Source of the DNA: Spirochaetia bacterium
GTDB lineage: Bacteria > Spirochaetota > Spirochaetia > SZUA-6 > Bin103
Assembly: GCA_965203055.1 (NCBI GenBank)
Contig: OZ241863.1
Span: 4,096,001-4,160,000 of the forward strand
DNA: 64,000 nt
Direction: 5' to 3'
Within the stretch, counting starts at the first letter, position 1. Each line of letters begins with the position of its first letter. A program made the position numbers and the translations under genes. This document shows positions 19,274 through 28,566 of this stretch, one piece after another. The notes under the pieces were generated by a model that was not told where the DNA came from, ran no database searches, and worked only from the letters and a program-made list of their open reading frames with translations.

Positions 19274-20790
19274 CCTGCGGCCTCGGCCAGGGCGGCGGGG
19301 TCGAGCCAGCCGGGCGGGCGCGGCGCCGGAAACTGCTCCGCCAGCGGCGCGGCAACCCGGAACAGCAGGTCCTCGCGGAAGTGGGGGGCCATGAACTGCG
19401 CCCCGACCGGCAGGCCGGCGTGCACGGCGCTCGGCAGCGCCAGGGCCGGCAGGCCGGTCAGGTTGGCGATGCAGGTAAACAGATCCCCCTGTTTCTGCTG
19501 AAACGCGTCCAGTCCAAAGGCGATACGGACACCATCGCGGCCGCCGGTAACCACGAGTTCGCCGATGGCAAACGGAGGTACCGGGAAGGTGGGCAACAGC
19601 AGCAGATCGACCTCCCCGAAGGCGGCCGCGCAGGCGCGCCGGATCAGCGTCCGCACCCGTTGGGCGCGCTGGTAGTATTGCTCCTGGAACCCGGAGCGCA
19701 GCACGTAGGTCCCCAGCAGGATGCGCAGCTTGACCTCCGCGCCGAAGCCGGCGCTGCGCGCGGCCACGGTGAGCTCCTCGGCATCCGGCGCCTCCTCGCC
19801 GGCGGCGCGGGCGCCGTAGCGCACGCCGTCGTAGCGCGCCAGATTGGCGCTCGCCTCCGCGGTGGCGATCACGTAGTAGGCGGGCACCACGTGCTCCAGG
19901 TGCTCCAGGGCTACCGGCCGGCAGCGGATGCCGACTCCCTCCAGGCGCTCGCGGGTGGCGCGCACGGCAGCCCGCACCGCCGGATCCACCCCCTCCAGTA
20001 CGCCCTCCGGAATGCCCACCGCCAGCGCCTCCGGCGCCGGCGTCCGCGGCGGCTCGGGGTACTCCACCGAGGACTGATCGAGCGGATCGACGCCGCGCAT
20101 GATCTCGAATGCGGCGCGCGCGGTGGCGGCGTCGCCGGCGGCGATGCCGATCACGTCCAGCGAGGAAGCATACGCTACCAGCCCGAAGCGGGACACCGCG
20201 CCGTAGGTGGGCTTCAGGCCGTAGACGCCGCAGAACGAGGCCGGCTGGCGCACCGAGCCGCCGGTGTCGGAGCCGAGGGCGAACGGCACCATCCCGGCGG
20301 CCACCGCGGCCGCGGAGCCGCCGCTGGAGCCGCCGGCGACCAGCGCCTCGTTCCAGGGGTTGCGGACCGCGCCGAAGCAGGAGTTCTCGCTGGACGAACC
20401 CATTCCGAATTCGTCCAGGTTGGTCTTGCCGACCACGCGCGCCCCGGCCGCCTGCAGGCGGGCCACCGCGGTGGCGGTGTAGGGCGCGGCCAGCGGGCGC
20501 AGCAACGCCGAGCCGCAGGAGAGGGCAAAGCCGCGCACCGCGATGTTGTCCTTCACCGCAAACGGCACCCCGGCCAATGGACCCGCTTCCGGCGCGCCCG
20601 GCGCGCCCGCGCCGCTTCCGCCGCGCCCGGCATCCACTTCGGTGAAGGCGTTCAACCTGGCGTTCGCCCTGGTCACCGCGTCCCGCCAGCGCCGGGCGCC
20701 GGCCGCGGTGGCCAGCAGCTTGCGCCACGCCGCGACCGGCGGCGCGGCGGAATCCCGCGGCGCAGCGCAGGCATCTCGATCAGCAGGCAC
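19270..20790 (-). CDS. gatA: Asp/Glu-tRNA amidotransferase subunit A
   Basis: VKDNI, GKTNLDEFGMGSS, GGSSGGS, GSDTGGSVRQP, NLARYDG; GTG start inferred. Confidence 0.93.
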   Translation of the reverse strand: MPADRDACAAPRDSAAPPVAAWRKLLATAAGARRWRDAVTRANARLNAFTEVDAGRGGSGAGAPGAPEAGPLAGVPFAVKDNIAVRGFALSCGSALLRPLAAPYTATAVARLQAAGARVVGKTNLDEFGMGSSSENSCFGAVRNPWNEALVAGGSSGGSAAAVAAGMVPFALGSDTGGSVRQPASFCGVYGLKPTYGAVSRFGLVAYASSLDVIGIAAGDAATARAAFEIMRGVDPLDQSSVEYPEPPRTPAPEALAVGIPEGVLEGVDPAVRAAVRATRERLEGVGIRCRPVALEHLEHVVPAYYVIATAEASANLARYDGVRYGARAAGEEAPDAEELTVAARSAGFGAEVKLRILLGTYVLRSGFQEQYYQRAQRVRTLIRRACAAAFGEVDLLLLPTFPVPPFAIGELVVTGGRDGVRIAFGLDAFQQKQGDLFTCIANLTGLPALALPSAVHAGLPVGAQFMAPHFREDLLFRVAAPLAEQFPAPRPPGWLDPAALAEAAG

Positions 20791-20791
20791 G

Positions 20792-21130
20792 TTACAGTAC
20801 GTTGGGCACGCTGAAGTGGTCGTCCTCGCACTCCGGCGCCGCGGCGAGCAGGCTCTCCGGCGTCGCGCCGGGCCAGCGCCGGTCCGCCGCGACCACCTGA
20901 TCCGGGCGCAGCCGGTTGCGCGGTTGCAACGCATGCGTGGTCGGTTCGACGCCGTCGAGGTCGAGCGCCGCCATGACGTCGAAGTAGGAGAGGATCCGCT
21001 GCACCTCGCTGCGGAGGCGCTCGCGTTCCGCGTCGCTCAGCCGCAGCCGCGCCATGGCGGCGGTGGCGTCGAGCTCCGCTTCGCTGAGAGTAGACCCGCC
21101 GGTCCCGGCGGGCGTGGCCGGTCGTTGCAT
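20792..21130 (-). CDS. gatC: Asp/Glu-tRNA amidotransferase subunit C
   Basis: AMARLRL...ILSYF...VEPT...LRPD...AP...FSVPNVL; directly upstream of gatA. Confidence 0.85.
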   Translation of the reverse strand: MQRPATPAGTGGSTLSEAELDATAAMARLRLSDAERERLRSEVQRILSYFDVMAALDLDGVEPTTHALQPRNRLRPDQVVAADRRWPGATPESLLAAAPECEDDHFSVPNVL

Positions 21131-21270
21131 CGGAACCGCAACAGCATGGGTATTCGGGCGGCGCCCTGTCAAGCTCCCGCCGATTTGACCCAGGCGGAGC
21201 GGCACTCGTATAGTCTGGCAGGATCGCACCGGCCAGCGGCTGCCAGCAGCCTCGTCACGGTGCCCGCAGC

Positions 21271-22719
21271 ATGGGTGACGCGATACGGCAACGGGCCGGC
21301 AAGTCCGACTTCCCGGAGATCAACTTCTACGACCAGGACCTGGTAGACCTGTACCAGCGCTCCTGGTCCTGGATTCGCGACCAGTGGCACAAGGGGACCG
21401 ACGCCAACGGGTTCACCGCGCGCTACTTCCGCCACCCCGCGGCCGACCGCATCAACCAGTTCGAATCCTGCTTCTCGACCTTCTTCCTGGTCTACAGCAA
21501 CCGCGTCTATCCGGTAACGGCGCAACTGGACACCTTCTACCGGAAGCAGGAGGAAGATGGCGCCATCCGCGGCGAGTATCTGGTCGAAGACGGCACGCCG
21601 GTGCTGCCCCGCTCCAACCCCACCGGCGCGGCGCCGCCGCTGTTCGCCTGGGCCGAGTTCAACCTGTACCACAAGCTCGGCAACAAGAAGCGGCTGCGCG
21701 AGATCCTGCCGGTGCTGGAGCGCCACTACGAGTGGCTGGAAGCCACCCATCGCAAGGAGAACGGGCTCTACTCGGTACCGGCGGCCGCCACCATGATGGG
21801 CAACAGTCCGCGTGACGGCTGCTACTACCCGGTGGACTTCAATGCCCAGCAGGCGCTGAACGCCCTCTACCTTTCGAGGATCGGCGACGTGCTCAACGAC
21901 AAGGACACCGGCTTCAAGTACAAGCGCGCGTACTTCGGCCTGAAGACCCGCATCAGCCAGATGATGTGGGACGACGGGACCAATTTCTACTACGATCTGG
22001 ATCGTCACGGGCGGCGTCTCGCGGTGCGCACCATCGGCGCGTTCTGGACCCTGCTGGCGCGGATTCCGAACGAAGACAAGAGCGAGCGCCTGATCGCCTA
22101 CCTGAGCGACGACGACGAATTTGGCGTCGAGCACCCGTTCCCGACCCTGTCCGCCGCCCACGAGGCATACTCCCGGGATGGCGGGGGCTACAAGGGATCG
22201 GTCGTGCCGCCCTTCACCTACATGGTGATCAAGGGGCTGGAACAGTATGAAAAGTGGGACGCGGCGCGCGAGTTCGCCCTGCGCCACCTCTACTGCGTGC
22301 TCGATGGCCTGCACACCGAGGAGCGGACCCCCGGCTCCCTGTACGAGGCCTACGCGCCGCAGCAGGAGGGCGCCGCCAGGTGGCACGGCAAGCGCGGCTT
22401 TCCGCGCCAGCTCCTCATGGCCTACAACGCGCTCAGCACGGTGACCTTGATGATCGAGAACGTGGTGGGGCTGTTCATCTCGCTGCCGCGCAAGACGGTG
22501 GACTGGCGCATCCCGGCGATGGAGATCATGGGCATCGAGAACCTGCTGCTCAAACGCAACCTGATCTCGATTCTCAGCGCCAAGACCTCGCGCGGCTGGG
22601 AAGTGCGGCTGGAGTCGGAGAAGCTCTACTACCTGACCATCAAACTGCTACGCGAAGAGCGCCGCAAGACGCTGCCGATCCCGTCCGGCAAGTGTTCCAT
22701 CCTGATCGACAAGATCTAG
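21271..22719 (+). CDS. (alpha/alpha)6 glycoside hydrolase-like protein (GH63/trehalase-like)
   Basis: PPLFAWAE, MGNSPR, PVDFNAQ, MWDDGTNFYYD, YKGSVVPP, LYEAYAP. Confidence 0.75.
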   Translation: MGDAIRQRAGKSDFPEINFYDQDLVDLYQRSWSWIRDQWHKGTDANGFTARYFRHPAADRINQFESCFSTFFLVYSNRVYPVTAQLDTFYRKQEEDGAIRGEYLVEDGTPVLPRSNPTGAAPPLFAWAEFNLYHKLGNKKRLREILPVLERHYEWLEATHRKENGLYSVPAAATMMGNSPRDGCYYPVDFNAQQALNALYLSRIGDVLNDKDTGFKYKRAYFGLKTRISQMMWDDGTNFYYDLDRHGRRLAVRTIGAFWTLLARIPNEDKSERLIAYLSDDDEFGVEHPFPTLSAAHEAYSRDGGGYKGSVVPPFTYMVIKGLEQYEKWDAAREFALRHLYCVLDGLHTEERTPGSLYEAYAPQQEGAARWHGKRGFPRQLLMAYNALSTVTLMIENVVGLFISLPRKTVDWRIPAMEIMGIENLLLKRNLISILSAKTSRGWEVRLESEKLYYLTIKLLREERRKTLPIPSGKCSILIDKI

Positions 22720-22776
22720 CCTGACTCCCGGGCCGCAGAGTCACCTTTGCGGCGCGCCGCGGGGCCTTCGGTCCCT

Positions 22777-23367
22777 TCAGTCGAGGCGCACCCGCCCGCG
22801 CAGCGCGCGGCTTACCGTCAGCCGATCGGAATACTCCAGATCGCTGCCCACCGGCAGGCCGTGGGCGAGCTGCGACGTCACCACGCCGAGCGACCGCAGT
22901 TGCTTGGCCAGCAGCAGCGCGGTGGCCTCCCCCTCCACGGTCGGATTGGTCGCCACGATCACCTCGCGCACGCCCTCCTCCCGCACCCGCTGCAGGAGTC
23001 GATCGATGCGCAGGTCTTCCGGTCCGATCCCGTCGAGCGGCGACAGCACCCCCATCAACACGTGATAGCGGCCGCGAAACTCGCCGGTGGCTTCGATCGT
23101 CTCGACGTCCTGCGGCTGCTCCACCACGCACACGTTGCCCGGCTCACGCGTCGGATCGGTGCAAATGCGGCAGTGGTCGGCTTCGGTGTAGGCGCCGCAG
23201 ATGCGGCACGGCCGGATCCGTTCCCGCAGCGCGACCAGATCGGCCGCCAGCGCGCGCACGAAGGAAGGGTCGGCGCGCAGCAGGTGATAGGCCAGCCGGG
23301 CGGCGCTCTTGCGCCCCAGTCCCGGCAGCTTGGCCAAGGCGGAGATGAGTCGCTCGAGACTGTTCAC
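22777..23367 (-). CDS. recR: Recombination protein RecR
   Basis: LPGLGRKSAARLA, C4 zinc finger, TOPRIM ATNPTVEGEATA. Confidence 0.95.
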   Translation of the reverse strand: MNSLERLISALAKLPGLGRKSAARLAYHLLRADPSFVRALAADLVALRERIRPCRICGAYTEADHCRICTDPTREPGNVCVVEQPQDVETIEATGEFRGRYHVLMGVLSPLDGIGPEDLRIDRLLQRVREEGVREVIVATNPTVEGEATALLLAKQLRSLGVVTSQLAHGLPVGSDLEYSDRLTVSRALRGRVRLD

Positions 23368-23383
23368 GCCGGCCGCGCGCGGC

Positions 23384-23710
23384 TTACGAGGGCCCCCCGA
23401 ACAGCCCCGGCGGCAACGGCATGCCCATGGCGGAACTGAACTCCCCGCGCAGGTGCTCCTTGACCTTGGCGGTGGCGTCGGTGAACGCGGCCCGAATCAG
23501 ATCTTCGAGCACCTCCCGTTCCGCCGGGTCGACGGCGTCGGGCGCCAGCTTCACCTGCAGCACCTCCAGTTGCCCGTTCAGCACCACTTCGACCATGTCG
23601 CCGCCGGCGCTGCCGGCCACCCGCACGGCGCGCAGCTTCTCTTCCATGTTGCCCATGTTGCGCTGCAGGCCCTGAATGACCTTGAGGAACTCCAGCGGGT
23701 TATGTGCCAT
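23384..23710 (-). CDS. ybaB: Nucleoid-associated protein YbaB/EbfC
   Basis: GSAGGDMVEVVLNG, LEDLIRAAFTDA; between dnaX and recR. Confidence 0.92.
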   Translation of the reverse strand: MAHNPLEFLKVIQGLQRNMGNMEEKLRAVRVAGSAGGDMVEVVLNGQLEVLQVKLAPDAVDPAEREVLEDLIRAAFTDATAKVKEHLRGEFSSAMGMPLPPGLFGGPS

Positions 23711-25403
23711 ATGACTGCTCCTTGATTACCTCGCCGCGGAAGATCTTGACCACGCGCGCCACGTCGCTGCCCGCGGCCGCGGCGGCGCCGGCCTGCGGCT
23801 GCTCCTCCCGGGCGTCGCGATAAGCCACGTTGACGTTGACCTCGCGGCCTACCGCGGCGCTGGCCGCGGCCGCCACCGCGCGCGCCTCGCCGCTGACGCG
23901 CGCGCCGGAGTAGCGTTCACCTGCGGCGAAGGTAACCGTCACCTGATCGCCGGCCACCGCGGCCTCCCGGGCGCGTTCCAGCGAGGCCGCGAGCGCCAGC
24001 AGGTTCTGCTCGCGGATGCGGGCCCCGATCTCGGCCAGCAGGCCGGTTGCGGCCGGCGGCGCGGCGGACTGGCCGTCCGGTTCCGGCGCCGCGCGCCCGG
24101 CGGGCGCCTGCTCCGCCGCCGCGGCGCGCGGCCCCCGCGCCGGCCGGCGCGGGGCTCTGGGAGCCGCCTCCTCCGCCGCGGCGGCGGGCGCGGCGGCCGC
24201 GGGCGCCTCCGGCCGAGCGCTCGCTACGGCCGCGGGCGCCTCCGCCGCGCCCGGCTCGGCCTCGAACTGGCCCTTGATGGCGCTGACCTCGGCCAGCAGC
24301 TCGGCGGGCGTCACCAGACCTTGCGCCCGAGCCAGCCGGCTCAGCAGCAACTCCAGCTCGAAGCGCGGGTTGACCGACAGCTTCAGGTTGCGGTGCAACT
24401 CCAACAGCATCTCGCCGGCCAGCTCCAGCTCGCTCACCTGCAGGCGGGCGCGCGCCTGCGCGCTGAAGCTGTCCGGCGCGTAACCGAGAATGCCGGGCCG
24501 CTCGACCCCGTGCAGCAGCAGCAGCAGCGAGCGCAGATAGTCGGCCAACGCGATGACGAACCGCTCCACCGAGACGCCGCGTTCCAGGATGGTATCGGCC
24601 AGGGCGAGCATGGCGCCGCCGGCATCGCTGCCGATCAACTCCCCCACCTGATTGAGCTCGTCCAGACTCAGCGCGCCGACGGTGTCGCGGATGGCGTCGA
24701 GGCTGATGCGGCCGTCGCCGGTGAACGAGGCGATCTGATCGAAGGTGGTGTAGGCGTCGCGCAGCGACCCTTCCGCCTCCTTGGCGATCCAGATCAGCGC
24801 CTCCTCGTCGCTTTCGACCCCCTGTTCCGCCGCCACTTCGGCGAGCCGGGCGCGAATCTCGTCGGTCGAGAACAGGCGAAACGTAAACTGCTGGCAGCGG
24901 GAGCGAATGGTGGCCGGCACCTTGTGAATCTCGGTGGTGGCGAAGATGAAGACGACGTAGGGGGGCGGCTCCTCGATGGTCTTCAACAGGGCATTGAACG
25001 CGCTGTTGGAGAGCATGTGCACCTCGTCGATGATGTACACCTTGTAGCGCGCCGCGGCCGGCGGGAACAGCACTTCGTCCTTGATCGCCCGCACGTCGTC
25101 GACGCTGGTATTGGAGGCGCCGTCGATCTCGATGACGTCGAGCGAAGACCCGGCTGCTATCTCTTTACATTGATTGCAATTGTCACACGGTTCGGGAGTC
25201 GGTCCGGTGGCGCAGTCAAGGGCTCGGGCCAGGACTCTGGCGGCGGACGTCTTGCCGACGCCGCGCGGTCCCGAGAACAGGAAGGCATGGGCGATCCGGC
25301 CGCGCTCGATGGCACCGCGCAGCGTCGCCACGACGAACTCCTGGCCCACGATCTGATCGAAGGTGCGCGGCCGCTTGCGCGTCGCAGTCACTTCGTAGGC
25401 CAC
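23700..25403 (-). CDS. dnaX: DNA polymerase III subunit gamma/tau
   Basis: RPRTFDQIVGQ, GPRGVGKT, IIDEVHML, TIRSRCQ. Confidence 0.95.
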   Translation of the reverse strand: MAYEVTATRKRPRTFDQIVGQEFVVATLRGAIERGRIAHAFLFSGPRGVGKTSAARVLARALDCATGPTPEPCDNCNQCKEIAAGSSLDVIEIDGASNTSVDDVRAIKDEVLFPPAAARYKVYIIDEVHMLSNSAFNALLKTIEEPPPYVVFIFATTEIHKVPATIRSRCQQFTFRLFSTDEIRARLAEVAAEQGVESDEEALIWIAKEAEGSLRDAYTTFDQIASFTGDGRISLDAIRDTVGALSLDELNQVGELIGSDAGGAMLALADTILERGVSVERFVIALADYLRSLLLLLHGVERPGILGYAPDSFSAQARARLQVSELELAGEMLLELHRNLKLSVNPRFELELLLSRLARAQGLVTPAELLAEVSAIKGQFEAEPGAAEAPAAVASARPEAPAAAAPAAAAEEAAPRAPRRPARGPRAAAAEQAPAGRAAPEPDGQSAAPPAATGLLAEIGARIREQNLLALAASLERAREAAVAGDQVTVTFAAGERYSGARVSGEARAVAAAASAAVGREVNVNVAYRDAREEQPQAGAAAAAGSDVARVVKIFRGEVIKEQSYGT

Positions 25404-25427
25404 CTCGCCTCCTCCTCTTTGAAAACG

Positions 25428-25549
25428 GCCCGTCCGGCCATCTCCGACGGACTACGGCTCCTACCCGTGTCGCTTACCGCTGCTACCTTCCGGTCCTGAC
25501 GGGGTTAGGCGGCGGGCATAGCGCAGGATCGGAGACGAACCGGACGGGC
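25428..25549 (-). ncRNA. ffs: Signal recognition particle RNA (4.5S)
   Basis: Minus strand carries GTCAGGACCGGAAGGTAGCAGC (conserved helix 8) inside a long hairpin GCCCGTCCGG...CCGGACGGGC; typical position upstream of dnaX. Confidence 0.9.
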
Positions 25550-25552
25550 TTG

Positions 25553-25640
25553 CGGAGAGAGTGGGATTCGAACCCACGGTACCCGGTATGAGCACACACG
25601 CTTTCCAAGCGTGCACCTTCGGCCGCTCGGTCATCTCTCC
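25553..25640 (-). tRNA. tRNA-Ser(GGA)
   Basis: GGAGAGA acceptor stem, anticodon arm CACGC-TTGGAAA-GCGTG, long variable arm, GGTTCGAATCC. Confidence 0.95.
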
Positions 25641-25694
25641 CGAGCACACAGAGGGTAGCACGCCTGCGGTTTTGCCGCGCTGCCACCCTGAAGG

Positions 25695-25784
25695 CGGAGA
25701 GAGTGGGATTCGAACCCACGGAGCCAGCATACGCGGCTCAACGGATTTCGAGTCCGCCCGATTCGACCGCTCTCGCATCTCTCC
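25695..25784 (-). tRNA. tRNA-Ser(CGA)
   Basis: Anticodon arm GCGGA-CTCGAAA-TCCGT, long variable arm, GTTCGAATC T-loop. Confidence 0.95.
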
Positions 25785-25849
25785 GCGCGCCGGCGCACCG
25801 GCGCGGGCCGCTTACGCGCCCGCTCCGGCAAACGACGCTTGTGTGTCTG

Positions 25850-25924
25850 CGTGCCCAAGAGGACTCGAACCTCTGACCTCTAGATCCGCAATCTAACGCT
25901 CTATCCGGACTGAGCTATGGGCAC
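25850..25924 (-). tRNA. tRNA-Arg(GCG)
   Basis: GTGCCCA/TGGGCAC acceptor stem, anticodon arm TTAGA-TTGCGGA-TCTAG, GGTTCGAGTCC. Confidence 0.93.
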
Positions 25925-25954
25925 GAATCGGCGCGGCGCCGCCCGCCGCGCCTT

Positions 25955-26041
<87 letters not shown>

Positions 26042-26081
26042 CGGCCATGCGCGCCGCAGCCGCGGCGGCGTGCTCTCGACG

Positions 26082-26166
26082 CGGAGAGGGAGGGATTCGA
26101 ACCCCCGGAGCCGAACGACTCAACGGTTTTCAAGACCGCCTCCTTCGACCACTCGGACACCTCTCC
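26082..26166 (-). tRNA. tRNA-Ser(TGA)
   Basis: Anticodon arm GCGGT-CTTGAAA-ACCGT, long variable arm. Confidence 0.95.
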
Positions 26167-26212
26167 GAGGCGTGCACTGTGCACCGTGCGCACCGTGCAC
26201 TGCCAGAGCTAC

Positions 26213-26242
26213 AGAATATGACGGCCGCGGCCCGGTTGTCAA
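26213..26242 (-). promoter_or_regulatory. Putative sigma70 promoter of the tRNA-ffs-dnaX transcript
   Basis: Minus strand TTGACA-N18-TATTCT about 46 nt upstream of tRNA-Ser(TGA). Confidence 0.6.
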
Positions 26243-27340
26243 TCATTCATCGGCGGCCGGCGGATCGGCGGCGGCCGCCTCACCCGCCAGCCGAACCTGA
26301 AGCTGCTTGTCGTACAGGGTCTGGCGCGCCCAATACAGGTTTTCGGTCCGGGAGTTGCCGAGCTGCGGTTCGAGCACCGCCTCGCCGACCGCGCCGCTGC
26401 CGCTGCCGCCCGTGAACGACACGGTGGGGGGAGACTCGTAGCCGCTCCCCCGATTCGTGATCGTCACTGACCTGACGCCGGTTTCCAGCGCCGAGGAAGT
26501 GATCGCCTGGGCGTGGCCGGCGCCGCTCGGCGGCGTCGAAATGGTAACCTGCAGAGCAGAGGTGTAGCCGGTCCCCGGTTCCGTGATCTCCACGTGACTG
26601 ATCCGGTCGCCGCTGCTGTCCTTGTGCACTACTCCGGCTGCCCGGGTGCCGCCGGCGGTCTGCGGTGGCTGAAACGTAGCGGTCGGGGTCTCGGTTTCGT
26701 AGCCCGCTCCCGCGGAGGTGATGGTCACAACCCTGTATCCGCCCGGCCCCACCGCGGTGCCGGTCGCCGTGGTGCCGCCGGAGCCGGCCGGCGGCGGCGA
26801 AAACGTGACCGTCGGAATGGAGTTGTGCGCCCAGCCGCTCCCCAGGCTGGTCATCGTGACGGAAGCGACGCCCCTCGGGATGAGCTGATCCTCGGCCGTG
26901 ATCACCAGCACCACCGCTCCGGCGCGGACTTCCGCTTTCAACTCCCACTCCGCGCCGCTGAGGTCGGATTCGAAGACCGGCTGATGGGCCGTGTTGGTGA
27001 GCGGCAGAGCGTGTCCGCCAATCGAAACGCGCACCTGGTCCAGGTTGTCGGCCGTGATCCCGTCCCACGCGAACGGTTCGGAACGGTTGGTCGTTTCGAG
27101 CCAGATGGTCACGCCGTCGTCGCCAAAGTGAGCCGCGCTCAGCGTCCAGCTCTTCCTGGTCTCCCGGGGCTGCGGCGTTGGCGCCGGCGCGCTCGGCTCC
27201 TCTCCCCCGGAGGAGGGAGCGGACGGCGCCGGCGTCGTTGCGGGCGGCCGCGTGAGCGGCTCGCACGCCAGCATGGTGACGCCGGCGGCCGCCGCCAGCG
27301 CCAGAACCTTCAACTCCTTCAACAACAACCTGCTACCCAT
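26243..27340 (-). CDS. Lipoprotein with four Gly/Thr-rich VxITxxGxGY..P repeats
   Basis: Signal peptide with MLAC lipobox, Pro-rich linker, four repeats of about 40 aa. Confidence 0.7.
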   Translation of the reverse strand: MGSRLLLKELKVLALAAAAGVTMLACEPLTRPPATTPAPSAPSSGGEEPSAPAPTPQPRETRKSWTLSAAHFGDDGVTIWLETTNRSEPFAWDGITADNLDQVRVSIGGHALPLTNTAHQPVFESDLSGAEWELKAEVRAGAVVLVITAEDQLIPRGVASVTMTSLGSGWAHNSIPTVTFSPPPAGSGGTTATGTAVGPGGYRVVTITSAGAGYETETPTATFQPPQTAGGTRAAGVVHKDSSGDRISHVEITEPGTGYTSALQVTISTPPSGAGHAQAITSSALETGVRSVTITNRGSGYESPPTVSFTGGSGSGAVGEAVLEPQLGNSRTENLYWARQTLYDKQLQVRLAGEAAAADPPAADE

Positions 27341-27446
27341 GACCATTCCCCTCCCGGCATGTACTATTATTCGCGCTCGATCCGCTCGATCCGCACTAGG
27401 TCTTGCAACAGCGGAGCAACTGCAGTACCAAAAGGTATCACGCTAT

Positions 27447-27459
27447 GGGGGGGGGGGGG
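27447..27459 (+). repeat. G13 homopolymer in the leader region of the ABC operon
   Basis: atGGGGGGGGGGGGGa, 48 nt upstream of the permease ATG. Confidence 0.85.
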
Positions 27460-27507
27460 AGCCCCGGAAGAGCCCCTCGACCGACCGATTCGACGCAACG
27501 CATCGAG

Positions 27508-28503
27508 ATGCTGGACTACGTAATTCGCCGTTTCCTCTACCTGCTGCTGATGATCGCGGTCATGTCGCTGGTGGCGTTCATCATCATCCAACTGCCGCCG
27601 GGCGATTATCTGACCATGTACGTCAGGCAGCTCGAGGCGAGCGGCCAGCCGCTCGACGAATCGGAGATCGAGTCGCTGCGCCGCCAGTACGGCCTCGACC
27701 AGCCGCAGCACGTCCGCTACCTGAAGTGGGTCGGGGGCATGTTCCGGGGCGACTTCGGGCGTTCGGTGCAGTGGCACAAGTCGGTGATCAGCCTGGTGGG
27801 CGAGCGCCTCATGCTCACCATCGTGATCAGCTTCTGCGCCACCCTGTTCACCTACGTAGTGGCCGTCGCGGTGGGGATCTACTCGGCCACCCACCAGTAC
27901 TCGCTGTTCGACTACTCGGCGACGGTGGTGGGCTTCGTGGGGCTCGCCACCCCCAACTTCCTGCTCGCCCTGGTGCTGATGATCGTGTTCAACAACGTCT
28001 TCGGCATCACCATCGGCGGGCTGTTCTCGCCGCAATACTCCACCGCCCCCTGGTCGCTGGGCAAGGTGTGGGACCTGATCAAGCATCTGCCGGTGCCGGT
28101 GATCGTGCTCGGCACCGCCGGCACCGCGGGCGTGATCCGGGTGATGCGCGGCATGCTGCTGGACGAGCTGCGCAAGCAGTACGTGATTACGGCGCGCACC
28201 AAGGGATTGTCGGAACGGCGGCTGCTGTTCCGCTATCCGGTGCGGCTGGCCCTCAACCCGATCGTCAGCACGGTGGGATGGGTGCTGCCGGCGATCGTCT
28301 CCGGCAGCACCATCACCGCCCTGGTGCTGAGCCTGCCCACCGTGGGGCCGCTGCTGTTCCGCGCCCTGATGACCGAGGACATGTACCTGGCCGGCACCAT
28401 CGTGATGTTCCTCTGCTTCCTCACCATCGTCGGCATGTTCATCTCCGACATGCTGCTCGCCGCCCTCGACCCGCGCATCCGCTTCGAACAGACCAAGCCC
28501 TGA
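27508..28503 (+). CDS. ABC transporter permease (OppB/DppB type)
   Basis: MLDYVIRR, GLDQP...YLKW...GDFGRS, EAA loop YVITARTKGL. Confidence 0.9.
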   Translation: MLDYVIRRFLYLLLMIAVMSLVAFIIIQLPPGDYLTMYVRQLEASGQPLDESEIESLRRQYGLDQPQHVRYLKWVGGMFRGDFGRSVQWHKSVISLVGERLMLTIVISFCATLFTYVVAVAVGIYSATHQYSLFDYSATVVGFVGLATPNFLLALVLMIVFNNVFGITIGGLFSPQYSTAPWSLGKVWDLIKHLPVPVIVLGTAGTAGVIRVMRGMLLDELRKQYVITARTKGLSERRLLFRYPVRLALNPIVSTVGWVLPAIVSGSTITALVLSLPTVGPLLFRALMTEDMYLAGTIVMFLCFLTIVGMFISDMLLAALDPRIRFEQTKP

Positions 28504-28566
28504 GCGCCCGGCGCAGTTGCCGCCCGCCCCGGGGCGGGGTAAGATCGCGCGCGGAGGAACCCACCC

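Noticed and set aside
26172..26202. GTGCAC-type mini repeats in the tRNA leader
   Set aside because: Short and irregular; no function can be supported from the sequence
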